64,000 bases of DNA from an uncultured virus (IMG/VR IMGVR_UViG_3300002835_000011) (IMGVR_UViG_3300002835_000011); one strand, 5' to 3'; shown: positions 48,173 through 58,082, counted from the first letter of the stretch. Notes: a model not told the origin generated them from the sequence alone. Numbers and translations: made by a program.

Positions 48173-48577
48173 TTAGTCCTTGTTCCCAAAAAGTCCAAAA
48201 GATCCTAGAGCTGACGCTCCTTTATTGTACGAGTCAACGTCTATTTTTTTTGGATCTATATCATTGTGCTCGCTGATCTTCTTAAAATTAGAGTCAAATA
48301 CCGCAGTGTCCATAAGTAAAGGCTCGGTAGATTTTATTACGTATCTAATAAATCCGCCATTGCTCATCTTATTATGTGCAATAAAAAGGCCTGCCTCTCC
48401 TATCTCAGGACGGCTTTGACAAAATTCTATTGCTTCTCTTAAGTTTAGCGATTCTGGTATAGAAGAATTTATAGGATTATTAATCTGATCATCAAAAGGC
48501 ATCCAATCAAATACTATAGAAGATCCGTCTCCTTGTGGGACATCAAAATTTTCAAAAAGCTTTATGTGCTTCATCAT
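48173..48577 (-). CDS. Putative virion protein (MKHIKLFENF leader, C-terminal GASALGSFG tag)
   Basis: Shared terminal motifs. Confidence 0.7.
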   Translation of the reverse strand: MMKHIKLFENFDVPQGDGSSIVFDWMPFDDQINNPINSSIPESLNLREAIEFCQSRPEIGEAGLFIAHNKMSNGGFIRYVIKSTEPLLMDTAVFDSNFKKISEHNDIDPKKIDVDSYNKGASALGSFGLFGNKD

Positions 48578-48583
48578 TTGTTA

Positions 48584-48874
48584 TTATTTACCTTTTATAT
48601 ATCTTCTTCTTCTGCTTTTTTTCTCATTTGATGAAAGGTTAAGATTCGGATTTGGTAAAACGTCAGCCATAATTATAACAGGCTTTTTCTCATTGTTTGG
48701 ATAATAATTAACTTCCCAAGATCTAGCGATCAATAATCCTGTACTATTATTTATAAGCCATAAAGTATCTCTGTTCGGGGATACAACAGAAAGCTCGCTC
48801 ACTTTATAAGTACCAGTTTGTGAAAAAGAAATAAAAGATGTTAGAATAATAGTAAATAGCAATAAATATCTCAT
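48584..48874 (-). CDS. Small secreted protein
   Basis: Signal peptide MRYLLLFTIILTSFISFSQ. Confidence 0.6.
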   Translation of the reverse strand: MRYLLLFTIILTSFISFSQTGTYKVSELSVVSPNRDTLWLINNSTGLLIARSWEVNYYPNNEKKPVIIMADVLPNPNLNLSSNEKKSRRRRYIKGK

Positions 48875-48907
48875 AATCTATTAGTTTACAGATTATAGAT
48901 ATAAAAA

Positions 48908-49576
48908 TTATTTTGTTCCATCGTTGTCAGTAAATCTACTGATAATACTAGATCCACTAACAACGTCAGGCATTGATTTTCTTATTGATTCACATTTTTT
49001 CATGAGTTCCTCGGGAATTTCCGGCTTAACGCTTCTTGTTTCGTCGTCTGCTTCTACCTTCATAGCTGCTAAATACTCTATAGCGGACATCAGTTTTTTC
49101 TTGTCTATTGTTTCCGACTTAAATACATATGATGAATCAGTAAATATAGCTTCGAATGTATCATCGGAGTTTATATAAGAAAAGCTCTCTATATCAATTG
49201 AATATAGTATAGGTTCCCCGCCTTCGGCAGGTTCCATATATCTAGCAGGTGTGTACGGACCATATCCTCCCTTTGCTTCCACCTCAGCATATATGTTACA
49301 TTTTTCTTTCTTTGTCGGTATTTGATAAAAGATTTCAAAGTTAGCCTTACCCCTATCCTCATCATAATAATCAGGCTCTAAGGAGTGCGTGGAATCATCC
49401 ATTTCCATCTCGAATAGAGGAATAATTTCTTTGCTATACTTTGTGCTTTGTATTAAATCATTATAAATAGCTAGAAAGCATATTTCTTCGGGGTATAGAT
49501 CCTCTATCCAAAACTTAGCATCCGGCCAAAGATATTTAGGATTAGAAAAATTTTCAAAAAGAACTATGCGATTCAT
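48908..49576 (-). CDS. Putative virion protein (MNRIVLFENF leader, C-terminal GSSIISRF tag)
   Basis: Shared motifs; GATATATA at 49581-49588. Confidence 0.7.
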   Translation of the reverse strand: MNRIVLFENFSNPKYLWPDAKFWIEDLYPEEICFLAIYNDLIQSTKYSKEIIPLFEMEMDDSTHSLEPDYYDEDRGKANFEIFYQIPTKKEKCNIYAEVEAKGGYGPYTPARYMEPAEGGEPILYSIDIESFSYINSDDTFEAIFTDSSYVFKSETIDKKKLMSAIEYLAAMKVEADDETRSVKPEIPEELMKKCESIRKSMPDVVSGSSIISRFTDNDGTK

Positions 49577-49588
49577 TTCTTATATATC

Positions 49589-49783
49589 CTAATTTTTGGA
49601 TATTCTATTTGATACGTATACGTACATATACATAAAAATTATAGATAAAGGCCAAAAAATACATCCGATCAATAGCATTAAAGGTCTTTCTATTTTTTGA
49701 TTAAACATACATATAATCCAGAAAACGAGACCAGTAATAAAGATTATAGTCGAAATGATAATAAATAGCGTATAAAGCATCAT
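49589..49783 (-). CDS. Small two-TM membrane protein
   Basis: Hydrophobic, FWPL motif. Confidence 0.55.
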   Translation of the reverse strand: MMLYTLFIIISTIIFITGLVFWIICMFNQKIERPLMLLIGCIFWPLSIIFMYMYVYVSNRISKN

Positions 49784-49878
49784 GATATAGATATTAAAAC
49801 AATGAGCAGATTTATATTCTTCCTAGTAATGTTTTCCTTACTAATTATAGTTTTCTCTATAATAGATAGACAAGAGGA

Positions 49879-51576
49879 CTAAATAAATTTCATATCATCG
49901 AAAGAATGCACGTGCTTTCTTTCCCACAGTAATGACTCCTTAACTTTTTTGTCCTTTTTATCTTCCTTTCCTTTAGTTTTATTGACCGCCTTTTTAACTA
50001 TCTTTATATCCTTCTTGGTTACCTTATTAGGATCTATTTCGTGTTTAGGAGCATTAGGATTCTCCCCTTTTTTGGGTTTGTGAACTTCAACATGTTTTAT
50101 ACCTGTGTGTAACTCGTGTTTGTATTTTTTTAATATCTCCTCTGATTCATTAAATGCCTTTGTCTCCTTATCTGCCCAATTTTTACACTTATCAACAATT
50201 GGTTGGATATATTTTTCTATAACTTTTGCAGCAGAACTAGACATAGGCTTAACCAATTTATCTAGTCCTTTTGCTATAATTTTTGCAAAAGTACCACCCT
50301 TTTCGGATTTTTTTACAAATCCACCTATTCCTTCAGTTATTTTTTTAGGTATATTTATTAAGAAATCAAATCCTTTACTAATCATGGATACGTTTTTAAG
50401 GAACCCCTTCCACACCCATCCAATAGCGGTTGAAAGAATGCTAGAAGATACTAAAGCAACCGTTCCTGTTAATATCTTTCCTATAGCTGCTGCTCCAGCT
50501 CTTTTCAGAGCTGCTTTTGCTGCACTATCAGCAACATTCTTAGCTAAATCTACACTGAATTTTTTTGCTACGCTAACACCGGCATGTTCTATAAAATGAT
50601 GAACCGCTCCACCCGGCTTTCCAATTGTTTCTGTTACTTTTCCTAAACCAGTTTTTACAGTAGCACCCGTAGCTATTCCCTCAATTGCTGCTGTTGGATT
50701 TACTATAGTGGTTCCTGCAACAATTATATCATATATTCCCAGTGCTAGCATTCCTCCTCCTATTACTACCTCTGGGAGACCCTGTGCAACAACAGATACA
50801 AATTTTGCTGTTGGTGTAATTTCTGTAGCCTTTGCATAAAGCTTATATGCGTTCTGAGATTTGTGTATTCCCTCGTAAATGTGTATTCCACCACCTAATC
50901 CTTGTAATAAACCTCCAATAGCTGCTATAAATGGTGCTGCCCAAGCAAAAGCACCAGATCCGTAAGCTGCCGCTGCTAGAAGCCCCAATATAGCAGAAAG
51001 AATGCTGCATCCTAAAGCTGCCCATTCCAACCAAGTCATACCTTTTACAAACTCAACAACTGCACTAGAACAAGACTTAACAAATTCCCACGCTTTTTTA
51101 GCTCCGTAGCTAAGAGCGTCCCATCCACCTTTAACAGCAGAGACAGTTTTCTTAATAGCAGAATTTCCAGCAGATTTTACTTTATTCCATTTATCCTCTA
51201 ACCAACCTATTCCTTTTTCATTAAGAGATCTAGCAATATCCAATGTGCTTTTCTCTATCAGGTATCCCATTCCATTTTTAATTAGAATGATATGTGAATC
51301 ACAATCTAAAAAAACATTATTATAAGATGATCCAGAATCTATCCACCCCGATTTATTTTCGTATAGGGTACTTAGTTCGTAATAGGCATAAGCTCCCTCT
51401 AAAAGTTCTTCATTAACATATCCATCGGACTCTAGAAGAGAATCGCTAAAAAGAGATCTAAATTCATCCTTGGAATATCTGGCTGAACTACCATTCTCGT
51501 TAAGGGAAAATAATTCATTAAAATTTACAGATCCGTCATTCGGAACAAAGTTATAGAAAGAGTCTACGTAGTTCAT
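49879..51576 (-). CDS. Large putative virion protein with hydrophobic Gly/Ala-rich helices
   Basis: Several [LV]xE sites in an acidic N-terminus, multiple TM-like helices, Lys-rich tail; GATATATA at 51598-51605. Confidence 0.65.
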   Translation of the reverse strand: MNYVDSFYNFVPNDGSVNFNELFSLNENGSSARYSKDEFRSLFSDSLLESDGYVNEELLEGAYAYYELSTLYENKSGWIDSGSSYNNVFLDCDSHIILIKNGMGYLIEKSTLDIARSLNEKGIGWLEDKWNKVKSAGNSAIKKTVSAVKGGWDALSYGAKKAWEFVKSCSSAVVEFVKGMTWLEWAALGCSILSAILGLLAAAAYGSGAFAWAAPFIAAIGGLLQGLGGGIHIYEGIHKSQNAYKLYAKATEITPTAKFVSVVAQGLPEVVIGGGMLALGIYDIIVAGTTIVNPTAAIEGIATGATVKTGLGKVTETIGKPGGAVHHFIEHAGVSVAKKFSVDLAKNVADSAAKAALKRAGAAAIGKILTGTVALVSSSILSTAIGWVWKGFLKNVSMISKGFDFLINIPKKITEGIGGFVKKSEKGGTFAKIIAKGLDKLVKPMSSSAAKVIEKYIQPIVDKCKNWADKETKAFNESEEILKKYKHELHTGIKHVEVHKPKKGENPNAPKHEIDPNKVTKKDIKIVKKAVNKTKGKEDKKDKKVKESLLWERKHVHSFDDMKFI

Positions 51577-51614
51577 ATTATTATATATTTTATATTGTAT
51601 ATATCTCCTAAGAA

Positions 51615-51809
51615 TTATTGTTTTTTTTTATGCTCTTTGTATCCAATAAAAAATCCAACGGCAACTATTAGATTCATACCAAAAGAAGCAATAATCTCGT
51701 ATAAATCTTCATAAGCATTCATAGTAAGATGAACGTGTCCAACTATCCAAAAAGGAATGGATAAGTTTTCACTTATCCACACTATTAAATATCTTAAGAA
51801 GTTTACCAT
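51615..51809 (-). CDS. Small membrane protein
   Basis: NLSIPFW.VGHVHL and two hydrophobic helices. Confidence 0.6.
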   Translation of the reverse strand: MVNFLRYLIVWISENLSIPFWIVGHVHLTMNAYEDLYEIIASFGMNLIVAVGFFIGYKEHKKKQ

Positions 51810-52099
51810 TATTGGTTAACTGTAAATCTATTATTATACCCAGGCATTAGGTGCTTCTGCATATACATTATAGCGAAATTAACTTTGGACCAATCTCTTT
51901 TTTCCTCTGCATCTTTAAGCATCATCATGGCATATTCGGGGTGGGTAACAACCATTCCTTTGATCCTTTCATCACCGGAAGATTCAAGATAATATATGTC
52001 CTCTCCCGGTTTTAAATTATCATGAGCAGCATGTACTTCTTCTCCGTATAATATTCTACCTGTGCTTTCGTTTATTTCTTTGAATCTTTTTAGTTTCAT
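51809..52099 (-). CDS. Putative virion protein
   Basis: MKLKRFKEINES leader; GATATATA at 52116-52123. Confidence 0.65.
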   Translation of the reverse strand: MKLKRFKEINESTGRILYGEEVHAAHDNLKPGEDIYYLESSGDERIKGMVVTHPEYAMMMLKDAEEKRDWSKVNFAIMYMQKHLMPGYNNRFTVNQ

Positions 52100-52140
52100 C
52101 CCTAGTATTTTTAATTATATATCCGATTGAGAGCAAACAA

Positions 52141-52164
52141 AAAAAGGACCCTAAGGTCCTTTTT
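52141..52164 (-). terminator. Intrinsic terminator downstream of the sigma gene
   Basis: AAAAAGGACC-ctaa-GGTCCTTTTT. Confidence 0.8.
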
Positions 52165-52185
52165 ATTATAGATTATATGAATAGA

Positions 52186-53049
52186 TTAAACGTATTCCTT
52201 CAGTATATTCCTTACTTGTCCGGATTTCATCTTACGAATACCTTTCTCTTTTATCTGTCGTACCCTTTCTCTGGTTAGAGAATATCTCTGTCCGATCTCA
52301 TCTAAAGATATCGGGTGGCTATATCCAATACCATAGAAGAGTTTAAGTATCTCCCTTGCTTTCGGATCTAGAAATTGTAGACTTCTCTCTATATCAACCT
52401 TTAGAGACTCCACCATAACCTCTGAGTCTGCTTTTGGACTATCGGGGTTAGAAAGTATTTCGATCATAGTAGAATTCTCAGTATCACCTCCCATAGGTGC
52501 ATCATAAGAAACGTGGTTTTTAGAAGAATATAAAGTATCCCTTACTTTAAACTCGGGCATATCTAGTTCTTGTGCAATCTCTTCATCTGAAGGAGCTCTT
52601 CCAAGTTCCTGCTCCAATCTAGAGTATGTTTTGTTGATCTTACTTAGAACTCCAACCTGGTTTAAAGGAATACGGATAACTCTAGCTTTTTCTGAAAGAG
52701 CTTCTAGTATTGCTTGTCTAATCCACCAAACTGCGTATGAGATGAATTTAAACCCCCGTGTTTCGTCAAACTTCTTAGCTGCTTTTATTAGACCGACGTT
52801 ACCTTCGTTTATTAAATCTACTAATGGTAAACCTTGGTGTTGATATTGTTTAGCAACAGATACAACGAATCTTAAATTTGCTCTGACCATTTTATCCAAA
52901 GCCTTTTCGTCTCCTGCTTTGATCTTTCTAGTTAAATCTATTTCCTCATCCGCTGTAATCATTTCTTCTTTAGAAATATCTTGTAAATATTTTTCTAAAG
53001 CCTTATCATCCCTGCTCGTAATGCTGTGTGTAATTTTAAGCTGTCTCAT
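52186..53049 (-). CDS. rpoD: Sigma-70 factor, Bacteroidetes primary-sigma-like
   Basis: MRQLKIT.SIT.R start with no region 1.1; ANLRFVVSVAKQY, FDETRGFKFISYAVWWIRQ and LTRERVRQIKEK. Confidence 0.95.
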   Translation of the reverse strand: MRQLKITHSITSRDDKALEKYLQDISKEEMITADEEIDLTRKIKAGDEKALDKMVRANLRFVVSVAKQYQHQGLPLVDLINEGNVGLIKAAKKFDETRGFKFISYAVWWIRQAILEALSEKARVIRIPLNQVGVLSKINKTYSRLEQELGRAPSDEEIAQELDMPEFKVRDTLYSSKNHVSYDAPMGGDTENSTMIEILSNPDSPKADSEVMVESLKVDIERSLQFLDPKAREILKLFYGIGYSHPISLDEIGQRYSLTRERVRQIKEKGIRKMKSGQVRNILKEYV

Positions 53050-53106
53050 TTTTTCTTTTTAATTGTCCGCTAAGTTAGATTATTATAATGGATGAAAAAA
53101 AGGATT

Positions 53107-53457
53107 TCAGACCTTTTTGCTATTTCTTTTTAAGTTTTCTGCTCTAGATATAGCCATTAAATTATAAGGATCATCATTATATCTGTTTCCGTCAATGTGA
53201 ATTATAATATGCCCATCGGGTATAGGTCCGAAAGTTTCTTCATATACTACCCTAGGGCGTCTAGCTCTCTTTCCGGTCCCGTTCCATAAGTACACGCAGT
53301 CTTCCCTCATTACTTGAACACCGCCAGTCCAGCTAACATGATTTTCTCCAGTGTGATGTTCGCCACTTGAAAATCTAGTATTAGAATCGCCATTAACTCC
53401 CTTCTTTCCCTTATTCCATGGAACATGTCCCTTCTTGAAATTCACTCTATTGCTCAT
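53107..53457 (-). CDS. HNH endonuclease
   Basis: FKKGHVPWNKG and GPIPDG.II.HIDGN..ND...NL..ISRAE. Confidence 0.85.
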   Translation of the reverse strand: MSNRVNFKKGHVPWNKGKKGVNGDSNTRFSSGEHHTGENHVSWTGGVQVMREDCVYLWNGTGKRARRPRVVYEETFGPIPDGHIIIHIDGNRYNDDPYNLMAISRAENLKRNSKKV

Positions 53458-54053
53458 CTTATTTTTTTATAGATTACACAATGGTCGTATATTCCCCACC
53501 ATGACGGAATATCTACAGAATCAATCTCTTCAAAATCAGAATGTAGCTTATCAAAGAACATATCGTCTCCTGTACATCCTCCGTGTCCCTCCCCTACATA
53601 TATTAGATAATTACCAATACTCATTTCGTTAACTACTTCATGAGCCATAGGATGATCGTAAGGAGGCCAAGCCATAAATACATTCCTATCTGGATATTTT
53701 TGAATAGCTTCAATTGCAGTAAGTTTTTCAACCTCGCAATGATATTTTCCGCCTCTACACCATTTATTATTGCTGTCAGGATCTATATCTGAAGCTATTA
53801 TATCGGCTCCCCGAGATTTAACTAAAGACTCCGTGTATCCAAATCCAGAACCAACAGACAAGACCGGTCCATATTTTATGATTGATTGAATCAGATCTTC
53901 TGTAGGTAAGTGCCAAGAAGTACCGGATCTAAAATCGTCCCTCTTCTCGTAATCTTTCATCATAGTGCTAGAATCATATCCAGAACTAAAGTAATCGGAG
54001 CTTCTTCTAGAAACAATAGCTTTTATGTCATCAGAAACCAATATACTATTCAT
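53454..54053 (-). CDS. SAM-dependent methyltransferase-like protein
   Basis: VLSVGSGFG, IASD, MAWPPY and YVGEG..GCTG. Confidence 0.7.
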   Translation of the reverse strand: MNSILVSDDIKAIVSRRSSDYFSSGYDSSTMMKDYEKRDDFRSGTSWHLPTEDLIQSIIKYGPVLSVGSGFGYTESLVKSRGADIIASDIDPDSNNKWCRGGKYHCEVEKLTAIEAIQKYPDRNVFMAWPPYDHPMAHEVVNEMSIGNYLIYVGEGHGGCTGDDMFFDKLHSDFEEIDSVDIPSWWGIYDHCVIYKKIR

Positions 54054-54345
54054 ATTTCGCTTTTTTACAAGAATTACAACCATCTAAATTAGGATTGGAT
54101 CTTTCGCCTCCGTTTCCTTTATATTTTACCCAATCACCGGGAGGATCTCCTTGACCATCCCATGAATTAATAGCAGATAATGCCTCTTCCTTTGACCAGT
54201 AACAATATCTACCAAAATAACCGAGCTCATCCATTCCTATCATAAGCCCAGTTGTAAAAATAAAATCTCTTAGTCCGCAAATTCCTTTTCCAGGAATTTC
54301 TTTTATGTTTTGGTATCCTTCTTTTTTTAGATAATCTATAAGCAT
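54046..54345 (-). CDS. Hypothetical phage protein
   Basis: RYCY and W...GDPPG.W.K motifs. Confidence 0.65.
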   Translation of the reverse strand: MLIDYLKKEGYQNIKEIPGKGICGLRDFIFTTGLMIGMDELGYFGRYCYWSKEEALSAINSWDGQGDPPGDWVKYKGNGGERSNPNLDGCNSCKKAKYE

Positions 54346-54404
54346 ATCCTTTTTTGCTAAGATAGATAATCGAATATAAAATAAAAAATGATTTATATTT
54401 TTTG

Positions 54405-54512
54405 TAGTCAGGACAGGAATCGAACCTGTTATATTAATATCAAAGCTCCACGATATTAACCATTGGTTTATAGGAACTTTCTAATGTGCGTCTACCATTC
54501 CGCCACCTGACT
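54405..54512 (-). tRNA. tRNA-like RNA (class II/Leu-type D arm) with non-canonical anticodon arm; anticodon undetermined
   Basis: Acceptor AGTCAGG/CCTGACT, D arm GGCGGAATGGTAGACGC, T arm ACAGG-TTCGATT-CCTGT; 18-nt loop in place of the anticodon loop; no encoded CCA. Confidence 0.7.
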
Positions 54513-54524
54513 ATAAAGATCCTT

Positions 54525-54866
54525 TTACAGATCTTTAAAAACATTAAATACTTCAGAAATAGGTGTTTCGTTGTTGAACACGTGTAAAGTGTCGCCGTTC
54601 ATCGTTCTAGCACGCATTTCAATACTAATCGTTTCGTGATTGTAGTACATTGCGTATCTTCCGCTTTCTGCGTTGAACCATAGAATATTTCCCATCCCAC
54701 CTTCTTTAGTGGACTTAACCTCGATATCCCCTTCGGATCTCCAGATCACTGCTCCCATAAGAGCTAAAGAAATTTCTTGTACGCCTTTAGCGTGATGATC
54801 GGCTCTACTTAGAACCCCGTTGAAGTACTCTTTCAGCAAATCTGCTGATTGCATTTTAACAGCCAT
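54525..54866 (-). CDS. Integron-cassette Hfx_Cass5-like protein
   Basis: Y..GV..RADHHA..V.EI.LAL.GA..WR, N.LW and YNH....IEMR. Confidence 0.7.
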   Translation of the reverse strand: MAVKMQSADLLKEYFNGVLSRADHHAKGVQEISLALMGAVIWRSEGDIEVKSTKEGGMGNILWFNAESGRYAMYYNHETISIEMRARTMNGDTLHVFNNETPISEVFNVFKDL

Positions 54867-54935
54867 AATTGAACTTTTTATTGATTTTAATTATTATACA
54901 AAAATAAACGGTAAAAATAAACTCCTAAAGAAAAT

Positions 54936-55418
54936 TTATTTCTTATAAGACATTCTTAGCTCCTCCCACATTTTACCCAAGTGGTTATCACCGATCCATT
55001 CTCCATTCTCCATCAGAGCTCCCCAGAAAAGATTGCTTCCCCTCTTACCACGGGATGTGACATCCTCGTATATTTTAGCATCGCCAGTTTTAACTAACTC
55101 AGCGACAAGATTGTGATGTTGTTCCAACTTAAGAGAAATACACATTCTCATGTTGTCTAAATCTTCTCTGCTCAGAGGTTTAACACAGATCTTGTCCGGA
55201 TGTGCATTCTTCATAATGCTCTTAGCCTTTAATTTAGCTCCCATCGGACTTTTCTCGTTTCTTATAGCTTCTCTTATCTCTTCGTCATTGAATCGAAGTG
55301 CTTGAAAAAGAGCCTCCGTGGTTCTCCACGTTTTACCTTCGTAAGAAACTGGATATGGTGACATATTACCTAACCAGCCATAAGGTAGATCGACTTTTGT
55401 AAATGATATATAGCTCAT
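54936..55418 (-). CDS. NADAR (YbiA-like) domain protein
   Basis: [25 protein letters not shown] and G.NHLGK.W..LR; TACCTTTG promoter at 55433-55440. Confidence 0.88.
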   Translation of the reverse strand: MSYISFTKVDLPYGWLGNMSPYPVSYEGKTWRTTEALFQALRFNDEEIREAIRNEKSPMGAKLKAKSIMKNAHPDKICVKPLSREDLDNMRMCISLKLEQHHNLVAELVKTGDAKIYEDVTSRGKRGSNLFWGALMENGEWIGDNHLGKMWEELRMSYKK

Positions 55419-55472
55419 AGATCTATTTTTTACAAAGGTAGAGATTATAAATATATTAAAAAAAGGATTTTT

Positions 55473-57053
55473 ATGAAACATCTTAAAAAATTTATTAATT
55501 TCATTAACGAGGGAGCTTGGTATGATAACGGAAAAACATATCTCTCAGTAAAGAATGATCCTAATAATCCAAACGAGCTTTTAAAAACAGTAGATCCCAA
55601 CAATCTTAATTTCTCGGAAAGAGGTGTAGCTAACATAAAAACCTACTTCGGTCTATATCCTAAAACCCCATACAAGAAGGGAAATGAAGAAAGCAGGAAT
55701 GCTAAGAAATTTATAATGGAGCCATTAAAAAATGATGATTTTTCAATGTGGTCGGGAGAAACGCTAGAAGACTTTTTTAAATATACATTAACTAATAACA
55801 TCGAGGGCGGTATAGATTATATAGTAACTATAGGAAGTAGTAAAGACCTTGTGGGTAAGATGGCGCAATCTTTTTTAAACCTATATCCTAAAGCATCAAT
55901 AATACCCATACCTAAGATAAAGTACACCAATGTAATGGATGCGGTGGACTGGGAGGCATACAATAGAAAAATAGAATCAGAGCTTGCTATACCTAGATAT
56001 TACGATAAAGACATAATTAATAAAAGAACAGGAGAGATAATTCATAGAAAGGGCGACGAAAAACCAAGATCCTCACCAACTATGCAAAGAGTTGAACCGT
56101 GGATAGACGATATGGTAAAAAAATTACTACAAATGGAGGATCCTAGCTTCGAAATAAAATCCTCCGGCGAGATGGGCGGAATAAGGGGTGCTCTAAGACC
56201 AAAATACAATACAGCAACAGAAGGATTCATAAGTGCAGTACATCACTGTTGTTTAGGAGACAACAATGGGAATTTTGGTAAAATGCTTATTATAGATGAT
56301 AACATAAATCAAGGTAATGACCTTAGAGACATATCAAACAAAATAGTAGAGATCGTCTCGGGAATCATAGACATAACAAAAAATATCACAGAAGATAGAT
56401 TAAAAAAATCCGACATTTTATCAAGAATTGAAACTGAGTCATTAAAAAACATAAGCAAAAATATATTCTGCTATGCACTATATAATTTTGGTCCTAGCGG
56501 TAAAAGATATGAACCTATACCAAAATTCAAGACAGATCTGCTTAAAAAGTCGTTTCTAATGGCAGCTTCAAAAGTTATGGAGATTTCGTTAGATGAAGTT
56601 AATAAAAGAATGTGGAAGCCCGGTGGATTCATTCTAGACAAGCCAAGATATTTAATGGTGGATAAATCAGATTGGGATATGATCTATAATGAACTACTAG
56701 ATATTGCAGCGGAAGAGTATGAAAAAACCTCACAGGATTCTAAATCAGAAATTCGAAAATCATTAAAAGATGTCCTTGATAGCAATATGGATAAAATATT
56801 TTTCGCTGAAGCGATAGCACCTGTCCAAGCTAAACCCCCTCATCCTCTATCAGGAGTACTGAAAGTTGGTACAAAATTAATCGATAAAAACCAGATGGGT
56901 AAGGTTGTAACAATATCCGAAATAGATTACGATGACAGATCGTTTAAATTTGACATAGGAGACGGAAGAAGTAGTGGAAGATTTTATTTCCCTCTAGTTT
57001 CAGCTCCAGGAATTCCTGCTAGTGGCAGAGAAAGATTTAAAGTAACACAGTAA
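55473..57053 (+). CDS. Putative virion protein with a PRTase-like domain
   Basis: [13 protein letters not shown] leader; [10 protein letters not shown] and [16 protein letters not shown]-loop-like motif. Confidence 0.6.
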   Translation: MKHLKKFINFINEGAWYDNGKTYLSVKNDPNNPNELLKTVDPNNLNFSERGVANIKTYFGLYPKTPYKKGNEESRNAKKFIMEPLKNDDFSMWSGETLEDFFKYTLTNNIEGGIDYIVTIGSSKDLVGKMAQSFLNLYPKASIIPIPKIKYTNVMDAVDWEAYNRKIESELAIPRYYDKDIINKRTGEIIHRKGDEKPRSSPTMQRVEPWIDDMVKKLLQMEDPSFEIKSSGEMGGIRGALRPKYNTATEGFISAVHHCCLGDNNGNFGKMLIIDDNINQGNDLRDISNKIVEIVSGIIDITKNITEDRLKKSDILSRIETESLKNISKNIFCYALYNFGPSGKRYEPIPKFKTDLLKKSFLMAASKVMEISLDEVNKRMWKPGGFILDKPRYLMVDKSDWDMIYNELLDIAAEEYEKTSQDSKSEIRKSLKDVLDSNMDKIFFAEAIAPVQAKPPHPLSGVLKVGTKLIDKNQMGKVVTISEIDYDDRSFKFDIGDGRSSGRFYFPLVSAPGIPASGRERFKVTQ

Positions 57054-57455
57054 ATGAAAAATCTAATATTATTCGAAAATTTCTCAACTAAAGAGCCATC
57101 ACCTATATCGAGAGAGGAACTAAAATCAATGATAGCCAAAGGAGGAAAAACGCCTTTCCTAGTTTCTGTAGTTGGACCAGTTGATGAGTACTTCAGTGTT
57201 AATAGAAATGACTGGAAATATCCCGGATCTGTTTCAATGGCTTCTGTTAATGATCTGTCTAAGATATTAAACAGAGAAATAGTAATGAGCCCTAGCGGAT
57301 ATTCAGTAAGAGAAAGACCTATAGTTGTTTTAGTGTCTCAAAGGGATCTTTCTAGATTGCCAGAGTCTATACTAAGTAACTCCTATACTTTCTTGACCGA
57401 TGGTGATTTATACGGTGTTATAACAAATGGTCTAGACTACTACTTCTTATCTTAG
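57054..57455 (+). CDS. Putative virion protein
   Basis: MKNLILFENF leader. Confidence 0.65.
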   Translation: MKNLILFENFSTKEPSPISREELKSMIAKGGKTPFLVSVVGPVDEYFSVNRNDWKYPGSVSMASVNDLSKILNREIVMSPSGYSVRERPIVVLVSQRDLSRLPESILSNSYTFLTDGDLYGVITNGLDYYFLS

Positions 57456-57616
57456 AAATGTAGGATCTTCCCATGTTTCCCAATCCAATCCATTTTATCC
57501 TCATATTTTAGCTTAAGCCAATCTTTTTCTGTTGGACTAGTACTTTCCATCACTCTCTTCTTTAAACGGTCGTACGACTGATTAGAATTGAAATTTTTAT
57601 GGGTATTTTTATTCAT
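57452..57616 (-). CDS. Small hypothetical protein (54 aa, MNKNTHK...)
   Basis: Translated by hand. Confidence 0.5.
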   Translation of the reverse strand: MNKNTHKNFNSNQSYDRLKKRVMESTSPTEKDWLKLKYEDKMDWIGKHGKILHF

Positions 57617-57622
57617 CTTACT

Positions 57623-57901
57623 TTATAAATACTTATAATCTATAATTAGAGCGTTACCGACTATAAAATCATATCTACCTTGAGTTAATAGCACAGAGGT
57701 AGCCTTATTATTCTCCGGTAGACCTAATATTTTACCTTCTTCATTTACTACCATGACCTTCCCGTCATTCAAGTATATACACTCTATGTAGCCACCGACA
57801 CATTCTTGTAGCTCGGTCAATTTCGGTTTAGCACCTTTAAACTTAATCTCCTGGATTGAACCGTCATATTTAATAAGGGTTCCTTGTGATTTAGTACTCA
57901 T
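57623..57901 (-). CDS. DUF3846-like protein
   Basis: LQECVGGYIE, VNEEGK..GLP.N..AT and IVGNA. Confidence 0.8.
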   Translation of the reverse strand: MSTKSQGTLIKYDGSIQEIKFKGAKPKLTELQECVGGYIECIYLNDGKVMVVNEEGKILGLPENNKATSVLLTQGRYDFIVGNALIIDYKYL

Positions 57902-58082
57902 CTCCTAAGATATTTCTTACTGATTGATAAACGCTTTTATAAAGCCTATAAAGAGCCCAAACTCCCAAAGATATAATTGCACCTAGAATAATAAAAGAAA
58001 GCAATAGAGGGCTGTTTAAAATAAGAATAACGAGTGAAACTATTGTTGCCACAATAAGTGACGTTATTAAATGTAACTTCAT
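57891..58082 (-). CDS. Small two-TM protein
   Basis: Start moved to MKLHLI; TATTTTTG upstream. Confidence 0.55.
   Translation of the reverse strand: MKLHLITSLIVATIVSLVILILNSPLLLSFIILGAIISLGVWALYRLYKSVYQSVRNILGDEY

Noticed and set aside
54405..54512. Calling a specific tRNA-Leu or a group I intron-containing tRNA
   Set aside because: No 7-nt anticodon loop can be assigned and the extra sequence is far too short for a self-splicing intron.
55405..55412. GATATATA inside the NADAR start region as the promoter for 55473
   Set aside because: It is 60 nt from the ATG, farther than the other copies; plausible but not counted.
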